Shown in pieces: positions 27,290-37,931 of a stretch of 64,000 bases of DNA (position 1 is the stretch's first letter; every line of letters begins with the position of its first letter). The notes beneath the pieces are model-generated. The model searched no databases and was not told where the DNA came from. It worked only from the letters and a program-made list of their open reading frames with translations. The stretch is from Bacteroidota bacterium (GTDB lineage Bacteria > Bacteroidota > Bacteroidia > Bacteroidales > B39-G9). The translations under genes and the position numbers were made by a program. The DNA lies in assembly GCA_015222055.1 (NCBI GenBank), contig JADFUR010000116.1, positions 93,658 to 157,657 of the forward strand. Direction: 5' to 3'.

Positions 27290-29014
27290 ATGAAAAGAAA
27301 AGAAGTAAAAAAACAAAATATCATACAACTTTTATTGATTCTGATAATAATAGTTTTAGTTAATTATATTTTTTCATTTGTACTACTTAGAGTTGATTTA
27401 ACATCCGAAAAACGTTATTCAATTTCTGAGCCAACTCAGGAAATATTAAAGAATTTAAAAGACGTTGTTTATTTCAAGGTTTATTTAAATGGCGATTTAC
27501 CTTCTGGTTTTAAGCAATTAGAAAAATCGACAAAAGAGATGTTAGATGAATTCCGAGCTTATTCTAAAAGTAATATTGAATATGAATTTGTAAATCCATC
27601 AGAGAGTAATGACAAAAAAACAAGAAATGAAATATACAAGCAGCTGTATGAAAAAGGTTTGACCCCAACAAATTTAAGTTATAAAGAAGAAAACGGAACA
27701 AATTCTCAAAAAATTATATTCCCAGGATTAATCGTAAGTTATAGGGGAGAAGAATTAGCTGTTAATATTCTTAACAATAACATTGGTGCTTCCCCTGAGC
27801 AAAATTTAAACGGATCAACTCAGGAGTTGGAGTATAAACTTTCAAATTCAATTAATAAGATTACAACAATAACAAAACCCGCAATAGCATTTATTGAAGG
27901 TCAGGGAGAACTAAACGAGAACAACGTTTTAGATATAACAAATTCTTTAAAAGAATATTATAATGTCAAAAGAGTGCGTATTAACAATCAGTTAAGTAGT
28001 TTGCGAGATTCTTTAAAACACAATAAATTTTCATTGATAATTATTGCTAAGCCAGATTCTGCGTTTAATGAGAAAGATAAATTTATTATTGATCAGTTTA
28101 TTATGAACGGTGGCAAAGTATTATGGTTGTTAGATGTTATAAAAACCGATATTGATAGCCTAGCTTATTCAAATTCGACCATAGCATTAGCAAACAATAT
28201 TAATCTTGACGATCAATTATTTAAGTATGGAGTTAGAATTAATCCTAATCTTATTGAAGATATTCAATGTGCGATAATTCCAATTAACACAGCACTTATT
28301 GGAGCACAGCCAAAGTTTACACCAACGCCATGGTTGTTTTTTCCTTTGATATCACCCTCAACAACAAATCCAATCACTAGAAATTTGAATTTGATTAAAA
28401 CGGCTTTTGTAAGCAGTATCGATACAGTAGGAAACAACCCATTTGTTAGAAAGACAATATTGCTATCCTCTTCAATTTACACAAAAGTTATTAATGCTCC
28501 AGCAAGAATAAGTCTTGATATGGTAGATGAAGAACCTGACCAAAGGCAATTTAATAAAAAAAATGTGCCCGTTGCTGTTCTCTTAGAAGGACAATTTGAA
28601 TCTATATTTAAAAATAGAATAGTCCCAGATATTGCACAAAGTAAAGACATCGCATTTAAGGATAAAAGTTATGATACTAAAATGATTGTAATTGCGGATG
28701 GAGATATTATTAAAAATCAAATTCGTCATAATGGAAAAAAAGTTATTCCTTACCCACTAGGTTATGACAGATATACTCGTCAAACCTTTGGCAATAAAGA
28801 ATTTATTTTAAATGCAATTGATTATTTGACAGGTAATTCCGCTTTGATGCAGGTTAGATCTCGAGAAATAAGATTAAGATTACTGGATAAAACAAAAATA
28901 AATAATCAAAGGCTCAAATGGCAGATTATTAATACAATTTTGCCAATTTTTGTTATTATTATTTTTGGGATACTCGCTATTTTGTATAGAAAAAGAAAAT
29001 ATTCAACTTTGTAA
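27290..29014 (+). CDS. gldG: gliding motility-associated ABC transporter substrate-binding component
   Basis: 574 aa with N- and C-terminal TM anchors. RVDLTSEKRYSIS start and GDGDIIKN segment as in GldG. Position after gldF. Confidence 0.88.
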   Translation: MKRKEVKKQNIIQLLLILIIIVLVNYIFSFVLLRVDLTSEKRYSISEPTQEILKNLKDVVYFKVYLNGDLPSGFKQLEKSTKEMLDEFRAYSKSNIEYEFVNPSESNDKKTRNEIYKQLYEKGLTPTNLSYKEENGTNSQKIIFPGLIVSYRGEELAVNILNNNIGASPEQNLNGSTQELEYKLSNSINKITTITKPAIAFIEGQGELNENNVLDITNSLKEYYNVKRVRINNQLSSLRDSLKHNKFSLIIIAKPDSAFNEKDKFIIDQFIMNGGKVLWLLDVIKTDIDSLAYSNSTIALANNINLDDQLFKYGVRINPNLIEDIQCAIIPINTALIGAQPKFTPTPWLFFPLISPSTTNPITRNLNLIKTAFVSSIDTVGNNPFVRKTILLSSSIYTKVINAPARISLDMVDEEPDQRQFNKKNVPVAVLLEGQFESIFKNRIVPDIAQSKDIAFKDKSYDTKMIVIADGDIIKNQIRHNGKKVIPYPLGYDRYTRQTFGNKEFILNAIDYLTGNSALMQVRSREIRLRLLDKTKINNQRLKWQIINTILPIFVIIIFGILAILYRKRKYSTL

Positions 29015-29048
29015 AGTTTGAAAAATTAGAACTAATAAATTTAAATAA

Positions 29049-30050
29049 ATGAAAAAAAACAGAAAAACAATTATTATCGTAATAGCTCTATTTGTTATAG
29101 CTTTATTTTTTTATTTCACAAACTCTTATAGTTCAATAAAAAAAGAGCTTAGAGATTTTGCGGTTGAAGATACTGCATCAATAAGTAAAATATTTTTAGT
29201 TGATAAAGAAAACAAGCAAGTTACTTTAGTAAGAGAAAATAATCATTGGACACTAAATAAAGAGTATATTGCTCGACGCGACATAATTAATCTTTTATTA
29301 AAAACGATTAATAGGATTGGTGTAAAGTCACCTGTTTCAAAGGCTGCAGAACAAAATATTATTAAAAATCTTGCTGTTAAATCAACAAAAATTGAAATTT
29401 ATCAGGGAGAAGATTTAATAAAAACATATTATGTTGGGGGACCTACACAAAATCAGTATGGAACATATATGCTATTAGAAAATTCATCAAAGCCCTTTAT
29501 TATGGAAATACAGGGATTTAGAGGTTATCTCTCAACTAGATATTTTACTAATGTTAACGATTGGAGGTCTCAGGAGATTTTTAACAATAGTTTTAATTCC
29601 ATTTCTTCAGTATCTGTTAATATTCCTTCAAAAGAAAATGCTTCGTTTAAGATTTTAAATTTAGGAAATAATAGCTTCGAATTGTATGATTTTAAAAATA
29701 ATAAAGTTTTAAATTTTGACACATTATCTGTAAAAAAATATTTGTCGCATTTTAAAAGAATATGTTTTAATAAATTTTATACGAATATAGATAAAAACGA
29801 AAAAGATTCCATTATTGCAAGTCAAGCTGCTTATATAATTACTCTTAAAGATATTAATGGGAATACAAAAGAAGTTAAAACATACAACAAACCAGGTGAA
29901 GGGCAAATAGATAAACAAGGTAATAAATTGAAATATGATCCTGATAATATGTATGCAGTTTTTAATAAAAATAAAGATCTTGTTTTTGCACAATATTACG
30001 TTTTTGATCCCATATTAAAGAATTTTAATTATTTTTTAACAAAAAAATAA
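29049..30050 (+). CDS. DUF4340-like protein (conserved partner downstream of gldG)
   Basis: N-terminal TM anchor, 333 aa. Position immediately after gldG, as in many Bacteroidota. Family name is from recollection. Confidence 0.6.
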   Translation: MKKNRKTIIIVIALFVIALFFYFTNSYSSIKKELRDFAVEDTASISKIFLVDKENKQVTLVRENNHWTLNKEYIARRDIINLLLKTINRIGVKSPVSKAAEQNIIKNLAVKSTKIEIYQGEDLIKTYYVGGPTQNQYGTYMLLENSSKPFIMEIQGFRGYLSTRYFTNVNDWRSQEIFNNSFNSISSVSVNIPSKENASFKILNLGNNSFELYDFKNNKVLNFDTLSVKKYLSHFKRICFNKFYTNIDKNEKDSIIASQAAYIITLKDINGNTKEVKTYNKPGEGQIDKQGNKLKYDPDNMYAVFNKNKDLVFAQYYVFDPILKNFNYFLTKK

Positions 30051-30071
30051 TTAAAAAGATAAAATTTTTGG

Positions 30072-30079
30072 TAAATTTG
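30072..30079 (+). promoter_or_regulatory. -7 TAnnTTTG promoter element upstream of dnaN
   Basis: TAAATTTG, 22 nt before ATG 30101. Confidence 0.4.
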
Positions 30080-30100
30080 AAAAAAATAAAATAAAAAGCT

Positions 30101-31231
30101 ATGAATTTTGTAATATCAAGCTCAGTACTACTAAACCATTTGCAAGCCATTAGTAGAGTAATAAGTTCGAAAAATACTTTGCCAATTCTTGATAATTTTT
30201 TATTTCAATTATCTGAGAATAAGCTAATTGTTACTGCCTCAGATTTAGAAACTACCTTAATCTCATCAATTGACATTGAAAACTTTTCGGGAGAAGGTAA
30301 TATTGCAATTGATGCAAAAAGATTAACAAATATTTTAAAAGAGTTTTCAGAACAACCATTAACTTTTAACGTTAATACAGAAAATTTAAAAATTGATATT
30401 TTATCTGAAAATGGTAAATTTAGTGTTGTTGGACAAAGTGGCGATGATTTTCCACAATTGCCAACGATAAAAGAAGAGCAAAGAAATTCAATTCAAGTTA
30501 ATTCTGAAGTTGTTTTAAATGGAGTTAGCAAAACACTTTTTGCAACAGCCGACGATGAATTACGTCCGGTGATGAATGGGGTGTTAGTGCAATTATCTCC
30601 CGAAGACTTAACTTTTGTTGCCTCAGATGCTCACAAATTAGTTAGATATAGAAGAACAGACATTAAAGCTGATTTTACATCTTCTTTTATTTTACCAAAA
30701 AAGCCAGCTTCACTTTTGAAAAATATTATTCCAAAAGATGAGCAATTAGTAAAAATTGAATTTGATGAGAAAAATGCATTTTTTGAATTCGCTGATTATA
30801 AACTAGTTTGTCGTTTAGTTGAAGGTAATTATCCAAATTACCAAACGGTTATCCCAACAGATAATCCCAACAAATTAACTATTGATAGAGTAGCTTTTTA
30901 TAATACACTTAAAAGAGTTTCTGTTTTTTCAAATCAAGCAAGCAACCTTGTTAAACTAGATATTACTGCAAATCAATTAACAGTTTCTGCTCAAGATATT
31001 GATTTTTCAATATCGGCTGTAGAGCGTATCAATTGCCAATACGAAGGCGAAGGAATGCAAATTGGTTTTAAATCAGTATTTTTAGTTGAAATATTGTCAA
31101 ACCTCTCAGCTTCTGATGTTATTTTGGAATTATCTGACCCTTCACGTGCAGGAATTTTATTGCCTGTTGATAAAGAAAATGAAGATGAGGATGTTCTTAT
31201 GTTGTTAATGCCAATGATGATAAATGCTTAA
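30101..31231 (+). CDS. dnaN: DNA polymerase III beta subunit (sliding clamp)
   Basis: MNFVISSSVLLNHLQAISRVISSKNTLPILDNFLF start, three-domain length of 376 aa, YPNYQTVIP motif, C-terminal MLLMPMM. Confidence 0.95.
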   Translation: MNFVISSSVLLNHLQAISRVISSKNTLPILDNFLFQLSENKLIVTASDLETTLISSIDIENFSGEGNIAIDAKRLTNILKEFSEQPLTFNVNTENLKIDILSENGKFSVVGQSGDDFPQLPTIKEEQRNSIQVNSEVVLNGVSKTLFATADDELRPVMNGVLVQLSPEDLTFVASDAHKLVRYRRTDIKADFTSSFILPKKPASLLKNIIPKDEQLVKIEFDEKNAFFEFADYKLVCRLVEGNYPNYQTVIPTDNPNKLTIDRVAFYNTLKRVSVFSNQASNLVKLDITANQLTVSAQDIDFSISAVERINCQYEGEGMQIGFKSVFLVEILSNLSASDVILELSDPSRAGILLPVDKENEDEDVLMLLMPMMINA

Positions 31232-31256
31232 TCATTCAAAATATATTTTTTTATTC

Positions 31257-31289
31257 AAAGAGAAATCTTGTTGATTTCTCTTTTTTTTT
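31257..31289 (+). terminator. rho-independent terminator after dnaN
   Basis: AAAGAGAAATC / GATTTCTCTTT, an 11-bp stem with a 5-nt loop, followed by a T-run. Confidence 0.8.
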
Positions 31290-31320
31290 GTATTATCTTT
31301 CTTTTCTTTTATAAAAAAAT

Positions 31321-31328
31321 TATTTTTG
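31321..31328 (+). promoter_or_regulatory. -7 TAnnTTTG promoter element upstream of the TPR/PD40 gene
   Basis: TATTTTTG, 34 nt before ATG 31362. Confidence 0.4.
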
Positions 31329-31361
31329 TATATTATTAATGATTCATAAGATAGAATTTTA

Positions 31362-32933
31362 ATGTCAATAATGATAAATAAACGGCATATTGTTTTTTTC
31401 TTAATAATTATTACCTTTTTTAGCACCAATAATCTTTCTGCTCAAGAAGATGATTTAAATTATTCTTTAATTAAAAAATATGCCGAGAATAGTTTTAGAG
31501 ATCAAGACTACAAGTTTTCTCTTGAAAATTATTTACAACTATATATGAATGATGAAGTAAACATGACCAATAATTTAAGAATAGGTATTTGTTACACTGA
31601 ATCAAACATTGACAAAACTGGAGGTATTCCATATCTTGAATTTGTTGTAAGTCACAATAATTTTCAACGATTAGCATATTATTACCTTGGACGAGCATAT
31701 ATGTACGCATATCGTTTTACCGAAGCTGTTGAGGCGTTTTATAATTATAAGCAATCGGGAATTAATGATGAGGTAATTCATAAATGTGACAGACTTATTG
31801 AAATGTGTTATTATGCATTAGAGATTTTGAACGTGCCAAAAAATTATACTTTCGAAAGATTAGATTCTACAGTTAATTCTGAATTTGATGATTATAATCC
31901 GTATGTAACCGAAGATGGTAAATATCTTGTTTATTCATCAAACAGGAAGTATGTAAAAGAATTAGAAAGTTATATATCAGATGTTTATCTTAGCAAGTCG
32001 AGAAAAACTTCATGGAATGAATCTGTTGAACTTCCAATAAATACTTTCGACAACGAAGATGTTGTTGGATTATCTGCTGACGGTAGTAAATTAATGATGC
32101 ATATAGATGGTGATTATGCATCAAACGACATTCAGTATGCTTACAAAAAAGGAAGTAAATATATTAAAGATGAAAATGTATTGCCATTCAATACAGATGG
32201 TATAGAAAGAGGAGCGTCAATTACTTCAAGCGGAGATACAATCTATTTCTCAAGTGACCGCGATGGAGGATATGGTGGTCTTGATATTTATTATGTTACC
32301 AAAAATCAACAGGGGCAATGGAGTGAGCCGAAAAATATAGGAAGTAATATAAACACAGAATATGATGATAATTATCCAAATATTAATTCTGGCGGTAAAA
32401 CCCTTTATCTTTCCTCAAAAGGTCATGAGAGTTTGGGCGATTATGATTTGTTTAAATCTATTTATAACGAATCTACTAAAGAGTGGTCTAATCCAATCAA
32501 CTTAGGTTATCCAATTAATACTCCATTCGACAACACAACAATTTCTTTTAGTAATGGTGGTAAAGTTGGTTATATATCAACAAATAGAAAGGAAGGTTTG
32601 GGGAATCTGGATATTTATCGTATTATAAAAGGAGAATCTGATCAAACAGCCTTTGTTTTCGCTTACATCTTTGTGGGAACTCCAAGCTCTTCAGTTCCAT
32701 ACTCTAGTGATTATTTAAAGGTGTTTGTAACTGTTTACGATGAGTTTGGAAATATTTATGGGAGATATAATGTTGATGAAGGAATGTCAATTATGTCTTT
32801 ATTCCCTGGTAAATATAAACTTGAAGTAAGATTCGATGGTGCTAAAGAAGGCTATGAAGAAGAATTGACAATTACTACTAATGATGCTAATAAGGAGATA
32901 GAAAAACAAATTTATCTAAAACCGGTTGAGTAA
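31362..32933 (+). CDS. TPR plus WD40-like (PD40/TolB-type) beta-propeller repeat protein
   Basis: Signal peptide (NLSAQ). N-terminal TPR-like helices. At least five PD40-type repeats (e.g. YNPYVTEDGKYLVYSSNR, SGDTIYFSSDRDGGYGGLDIYYV, GGKTLYLSSKG...DYDLFKS). C-terminal carboxypeptidase-regulatory-like beta domain. Confidence 0.75.
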   Translation: MSIMINKRHIVFFLIIITFFSTNNLSAQEDDLNYSLIKKYAENSFRDQDYKFSLENYLQLYMNDEVNMTNNLRIGICYTESNIDKTGGIPYLEFVVSHNNFQRLAYYYLGRAYMYAYRFTEAVEAFYNYKQSGINDEVIHKCDRLIEMCYYALEILNVPKNYTFERLDSTVNSEFDDYNPYVTEDGKYLVYSSNRKYVKELESYISDVYLSKSRKTSWNESVELPINTFDNEDVVGLSADGSKLMMHIDGDYASNDIQYAYKKGSKYIKDENVLPFNTDGIERGASITSSGDTIYFSSDRDGGYGGLDIYYVTKNQQGQWSEPKNIGSNINTEYDDNYPNINSGGKTLYLSSKGHESLGDYDLFKSIYNESTKEWSNPINLGYPINTPFDNTTISFSNGGKVGYISTNRKEGLGNLDIYRIIKGESDQTAFVFAYIFVGTPSSSVPYSSDYLKVFVTVYDEFGNIYGRYNVDEGMSIMSLFPGKYKLEVRFDGAKEGYEEELTITTNDANKEIEKQIYLKPVE

Positions 32934-33046
32934 TTTTATTTATTAAAATATCATATTTTTTATTTAGTAATGTAAAAAGTTTATGTTTTTTATTTATTGC
33001 ATAAACCGCATTACTTTTATTTATTACAAATTTTAAATTTTAACTA

Positions 33047-33853
33047 ATGCAACTTAAATTAAAAAGACCAATAGTGTTTTTTGACCTTGAAACAACAGGT
33101 CTTGATGTAGTTAACGATAGAATCGTTGAAATATCAATAGTAAAAGTTTATCCTGACGGAAAAGAAGAAATCAAAACAAAACGAATAAATCCAACAATAC
33201 CAATATCTGAAGAGGCTTCAAAAATTCATCATATTTCTAATGAAGATGTGAAAGATGAACCAACTTTCAAATTAATTGCAAAGTCTTTGGCTCAATTTAT
33301 CGAAGGATGTGATGTTGCAGGTTTTAATTCAAATAGGTTTGATGTGCCTTTATTAGTTGAAGAGTTTTTAAGAGCAGGAGTCGATTTTGATATGAAAAAA
33401 AGAAAGTTTATTGATGTTCAATCAATCTTTCATAAAATGGAAAAACGAACATTAGTAGCTGCTTATAAATTTTATTGCAAAAAAGATTTAACAAAAGCAC
33501 ATAGTGCCGAAGCCGATACTATTGCAACTTATGAAGTGCTAAAGGCACAGCTAGATTTATACAAGGATGTTGAATATATAGATGCTGACGGAGTAGCAAC
33601 GAAACCAATAATTAATGAGATTGATGATTTGAGTGAATTTTCTTCTCAAACAAAAAATGTTGATTTTGCTGGTAGAATTGTGTATAATAAGGAAGGTGTT
33701 GAAGTTATCAATTTTGGCAAACACAAAGGGAAAGCTGTTGAAGAAGTGCTGAAAAAAGAACCAAGTTATTATAACTGGATTATGAATAATAATTTTCCTT
33801 TATACACTAAAAAAGTTTTAACAGCTATTAAATTACGAGGATTTAATAAATAA
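33047..33853 (+). CDS. 3'-5' exonuclease, DnaQ/DEDDh family
   Basis: Exo I FFDLETTGLD, Exo II GFNSNRFDVPLL, Exo III HSAEADT. 268 aa. Confidence 0.88.
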   Translation: MQLKLKRPIVFFDLETTGLDVVNDRIVEISIVKVYPDGKEEIKTKRINPTIPISEEASKIHHISNEDVKDEPTFKLIAKSLAQFIEGCDVAGFNSNRFDVPLLVEEFLRAGVDFDMKKRKFIDVQSIFHKMEKRTLVAAYKFYCKKDLTKAHSAEADTIATYEVLKAQLDLYKDVEYIDADGVATKPIINEIDDLSEFSSQTKNVDFAGRIVYNKEGVEVINFGKHKGKAVEEVLKKEPSYYNWIMNNNFPLYTKKVLTAIKLRGFNK

Positions 33854-33884
33854 TAATAAGCTTTTTATTATAAAGTAGTTTTGC

Positions 33885-34856
33885 CTATTTACTTAACAAC
33901 CACGCCGATTTATTGTCGGCGTTTTTTAATTGAGAAAGTTTTTTTAATGCTGATTTTTTGTTGTCAAAACAATCAATAGAAACTCTATATTTATTGCTAC
34001 TGTTTAAAATTTCGGGTTTAAAACCTTCATTAATAAGTTTCTGGGTTAAATTTTTAGCATTGAGTAAATTTTCAAAACTACCAACAATCAAAAAATATTT
34101 TTTGTTATTTACAAGGCTTTTATTGTTTTTTGTTTCATTAGTTTTTCCATAAAACAAAGCGGTGCGTTTATCTGTGTTCTCATCAAGAACACTACTTATT
34201 TTTATTTTTTGTTGAGGAGTATTAGTGCTTATTGTTTCTTGAGCAACATTATTTACGGGATTGAAACTTGAAAAATTAATGTTGGTTTTTTTTAAGAAAT
34301 CTGGATTTAATGGAATTAAAGAAAGAGCAGCAATAATTGGGATACTAATTAAAATCCGTTTTGTTGTTTTATTAGTAATGATTTTTTTTACAGCATCTTT
34401 GTTTTTAAAATGAGTTTCTATTCGGGTGTTTAAATCATTATTAATTGCTGGGAATTGAAAAGATGATAAGCCAAAAGAATCAATTAAAAAATTTGTTGAA
34501 AGTTCAGGCTCAAAAAGTAAATTTTGAGTTTTGTCAAAATAAAAAATTCCTATTTCATCAAAAATTATATTCTCGCCGTTTTCAAGTTTGTCTATAATAT
34601 TCTGAACACATTCAGCCGTAATATTTTTTGCTTCCGAATAGCTTATTTTTTCATTTGAAGCAATATGATTTATTAAAAGACCATCATTGTAAATAAGATT
34701 TTTATTGAACAGAATGTCTTTTTTTGGAGGTCTAAAAGAATTTTGAGAAATATTAATATCAGCAGAATGATAATTAGCAACAAGTCCGCCAAAATCCGGA
34801 ATGATTACACAATCATAAAAAAACAGCAATTCTTTTATATGTTTACTTATTTCCAA
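33885..34856 (-). CDS. SPOR domain-containing protein with N-terminal HU-like domain
   Basis: The N-terminus (ISKHIKELLFFYDCVIIPDFGGLVANY) is as in Bacteroidota HU-like/SPOR proteins, followed by a central TM segment. C-terminal SPOR-like fold (YFLIVGSFENLLNAKNLTQKL...YRVSIDCFDNKKSALKKLSQLK). Confidence 0.75.
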   Translation of the reverse strand: MEISKHIKELLFFYDCVIIPDFGGLVANYHSADINISQNSFRPPKKDILFNKNLIYNDGLLINHIASNEKISYSEAKNITAECVQNIIDKLENGENIIFDEIGIFYFDKTQNLLFEPELSTNFLIDSFGLSSFQFPAINNDLNTRIETHFKNKDAVKKIITNKTTKRILISIPIIAALSLIPLNPDFLKKTNINFSSFNPVNNVAQETISTNTPQQKIKISSVLDENTDKRTALFYGKTNETKNNKSLVNNKKYFLIVGSFENLLNAKNLTQKLINEGFKPEILNSSNKYRVSIDCFDNKKSALKKLSQLKNADNKSAWLLSK

Positions 34857-34978
34857 TATCTTATTTTTTATTTTAACAAAATTACAAAAAAACTCATTTA
34901 AATCAATAAAAGCTTCGTTTTAATTTTAATGAATCTTTTTCATTGAAGATAATGTTATGTATAATTAGTTGTAAATAT

Positions 34979-34986
34979 TATCTTTG
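34979..34986 (+). promoter_or_regulatory. -7 TAnnTTTG promoter element upstream of galE
   Basis: TATCTTTG, 30 nt before ATG 35016. Confidence 0.4.
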
Positions 34987-35015
34987 TAAATATATTTTTA
35001 AAAAAATAAATTTTA

Positions 35016-36056
35016 ATGGCTAGTAAAGTATTAGTAACAGGTGGAGCAGGATATATTGGCTCTCATACAGTGGTTGAGTTGCAAAATAATGGTTTTGAGG
35101 TGGTTATTGTTGATAACCTATCAAATTCAAATATAGATGTTCTTAATCGTATTCAAAAAATTACAGGGAAACGACCAATATTCGAAAATTTTGATTTGTG
35201 TGATACTGAAAAAATTAAATTGTTTTTCAAAAAGCATAATGATATTAAGGCAGTTATCCACTTTGCAGCATTTAAAGCAGTTGGGGAATCTGTGTCAAAC
35301 CCTTTAAAATATTATAATAACAATCTTGTATCATTGGTAAATTTATTACAGGCAATGAATGAAAACAATATCAGTAATTTGGTGTTTTCTTCATCTTGCA
35401 CTGTTTATGGTCAGCCCGACGAATTGCCGGTTACTGAACAATCTCCAATAAAAGAAGCGACTTGTCCTTACGGATATACAAAACAAGTTTCTGAGCAGGT
35501 TTTAAAGGATTCTACAAGTGCTTATAAATTTTTTAAAGCTATTGCCTTACGTTATTTTAATCCCATTGGAGCTCATGATTCTGCTCTAATTGGCGAGTTG
35601 CCTCTCGGCGTTCCAAATAATTTAGTACCTTTTATTACACAAACTGCTTTAGGTCTAAGAAAGCAGCTAAGTGTTTTTGGTGATGATTATAATACCCCTG
35701 ACGGCACATGCATTCGTGATTATATTCACGTTGTTGATTTGGCAAAATCTCATGTAATTGCAATACAACGATTATTGAAAAATAATAATATTAATGATTT
35801 TGAATTTTTTAACATTGGCACAGGAAAAGGAAATTCTGTTCTTGAAGTTATTAATACATTTGAGAGAGTAACTGCACAAAAGTTAAACTACAAAATTACT
35901 AATCGCAGAGAGGGTGATATTGAGCAAGTATATGCCGACACAAAATATGCTAATTTTGAATTAGGATGGAAAGCAGAGAAAACACTTGAAGAAGCTTTGC
36001 TTTCTGCTTGGAACTGGGAAAAATATTATAGAAATAATTTATCTAATAAAGAATAG
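35016..36056 (+). CDS. galE: UDP-glucose 4-epimerase
   Basis: SDR fold VTGGAGYIGSH, catalytic YGYTK, DGTCIRDYIHV segment. 346 aa. Confidence 0.93.
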   Translation: MASKVLVTGGAGYIGSHTVVELQNNGFEVVIVDNLSNSNIDVLNRIQKITGKRPIFENFDLCDTEKIKLFFKKHNDIKAVIHFAAFKAVGESVSNPLKYYNNNLVSLVNLLQAMNENNISNLVFSSSCTVYGQPDELPVTEQSPIKEATCPYGYTKQVSEQVLKDSTSAYKFFKAIALRYFNPIGAHDSALIGELPLGVPNNLVPFITQTALGLRKQLSVFGDDYNTPDGTCIRDYIHVVDLAKSHVIAIQRLLKNNNINDFEFFNIGTGKGNSVLEVINTFERVTAQKLNYKITNRREGDIEQVYADTKYANFELGWKAEKTLEEALLSAWNWEKYYRNNLSNKE

Positions 36057-36096
36057 TTTTATTATTTTTAACTTTCAATTTTATAAACTCAAATAT

Positions 36097-37152
36097 ATGT
36101 CAAAAACGATTCTTATTACAGGAGGTGCGGGGTTTATTGGCTCACATGTTGTTCGATTATTTGTAAACAAATATCCTGATTACAAAATTGTTAATCTTGA
36201 TAAACTCACTTATGCGGGAAATCTTGAAAATTTATCTGATATTGATAATAAAGAAAATTATCAATTTGTTAAAGGAGACATTACAGATAGTAAGTTTGTT
36301 GAATCTGTTTTTCAAAAATATCAATTCGATGGTGTAATTCATCTTGCTGCAGAATCTCATGTTGACAGGTCTATTTTAAATCCAATGGAGTTTATTAATA
36401 CTAATATTATTGGCACAGTAAATCTGTTGAATGCGACACGAAATATATGGAAAGAAAATACAAAAGATAAACTTTTTTATAATATATCAACAGATGAAGT
36501 TTATGGTGCTTTAGGTAGCGAAGGGTTTTTTACAGAAGAAACAAGATATGATCCTAAAAGTCCTTACTCTGCATCAAAAGCAAGTGCTGATCATTTAGTC
36601 CGTGCTTATTTTAATACTTACAAATTACCGGTTGTTATATCAAACTGCTCAAATAATTACGGGCCAAATCAATTCCCCGAGAAGTTAATTCCTCTGGCAG
36701 TTAATAACATTAAAAATAATAAGCCTTTACCAATTTATGGAAAAGGTGAAAATATTCGTGATTGGCTTTATGTTGAAGATCATGCCAAAGCTATTGATCT
36801 TATTTTTCATAAAGGTAAATTAGGAAATACTTATAATATTGGTGGAAATAATGAATGGACAAATATTGACCTTATTCATAAATTATGTGAGATAATGGAT
36901 GATAGGTTAAATAAACCTTCCGGAACATCTGCAAAGCTTATTACTTTTGTTAAAGATAGAGCAGGGCATGATTTGCGTTATGCAATAGATTCTTCAAAAT
37001 TGCAGAAAGAGCTGGGGTGGAAGCATTCAGTTAATTTTGAAAAAAGATTTGAACAAACTGTTGATTGGTATTTAAATAGCCAAAAATGGCTCGATAATAT
37101 TAATTCAGGGGAATATGAAAAATATTACGAAAAACAATATGTAAAAAGATAG
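36097..37152 (+). CDS. rfbB: dTDP-glucose 4,6-dehydratase
   Basis: ITGGAGFIGSH, STDEVYG, YSASKASADHL. The start is placed at ATG 36097 (MSKTILITGG). The longer ORF-track start at 35986 overlaps galE and is not credible. Confidence 0.93.
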   Translation: MSKTILITGGAGFIGSHVVRLFVNKYPDYKIVNLDKLTYAGNLENLSDIDNKENYQFVKGDITDSKFVESVFQKYQFDGVIHLAAESHVDRSILNPMEFINTNIIGTVNLLNATRNIWKENTKDKLFYNISTDEVYGALGSEGFFTEETRYDPKSPYSASKASADHLVRAYFNTYKLPVVISNCSNNYGPNQFPEKLIPLAVNNIKNNKPLPIYGKGENIRDWLYVEDHAKAIDLIFHKGKLGNTYNIGGNNEWTNIDLIHKLCEIMDDRLNKPSGTSAKLITFVKDRAGHDLRYAIDSSKLQKELGWKHSVNFEKRFEQTVDWYLNSQKWLDNINSGEYEKYYEKQYVKR

Positions 37153-37160
37153 TATTTAGT

Positions 37161-37892
37161 GTGTTAAGATTTTTTAATAAAAATAATAGATTGTCTGATT
37201 TATCAGATTTAATTACAGATGTGCATTCTCATTTAATCCCAGAAATAGATGATGGTGCAACATCTGTAGAGCAATCTTTACATTTAATAAAAGGACTAAA
37301 AGATTTAGGATATAAGAAATTAATAGCTACTCCACATGTTATTAGTGATTTTTATCAAAACACGCCCGAAAAAATTAACAAAGGATTATTAATCCTTCGA
37401 AATGCATTAAAAGAGGCTAATATAAATATTGAAATTGAAGTTGCTGCTGAATATTATCTTGATTTTGATTTTCAAAAAAAATTAGACACTGAAGAATTGT
37501 TAACTTTTGGCAGTAATTATTTGCTGTTTGAATTGCCGTTTTATAATAAACCTCAATTTTTTGAAGAAACGGTGTTTAAAATGCAGACACTGGGCTACAA
37601 ACCCGTTTTGGCACATCCCGAAAGATTTACGTTTTGGAATAATGATTTTAAGGCATACAATGATTTAAAGGACAGAGGTGTTCTGTTGCAGATTAATATT
37701 AATTCCTTGGTTGGCGGATATTCTGCACAAGCAAGAAAAATAGCAGAGAAGCTAATTGTTAACAATATGGTTGATTTTGTTGGTTCAGACACTCACAATC
37801 AACATCATATTGAACTTCTGAAAAAAAGCCTTAATAATAAATATTTAATTGATTTAATAAAAAAAGGAAGTTTGTTAAATAAAACTCTTTAA
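37161..37892 (+). CDS. PHP-family tyrosine-protein phosphatase (CpsB/CapC type)
   Basis: Metal-binding motifs DVHSHLIPEIDDG, TPH, HPER and GSDTH. 243 aa, GTG start. Confidence 0.85.
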   Translation: MLRFFNKNNRLSDLSDLITDVHSHLIPEIDDGATSVEQSLHLIKGLKDLGYKKLIATPHVISDFYQNTPEKINKGLLILRNALKEANINIEIEVAAEYYLDFDFQKKLDTEELLTFGSNYLLFELPFYNKPQFFEETVFKMQTLGYKPVLAHPERFTFWNNDFKAYNDLKDRGVLLQININSLVGGYSAQARKIAEKLIVNNMVDFVGSDTHNQHHIELLKKSLNNKYLIDLIKKGSLLNKTL

Positions 37893-37931
37893 TTTTTTTT
37901 ATTAATCTGATAAATAATTTTTAAAGATAAT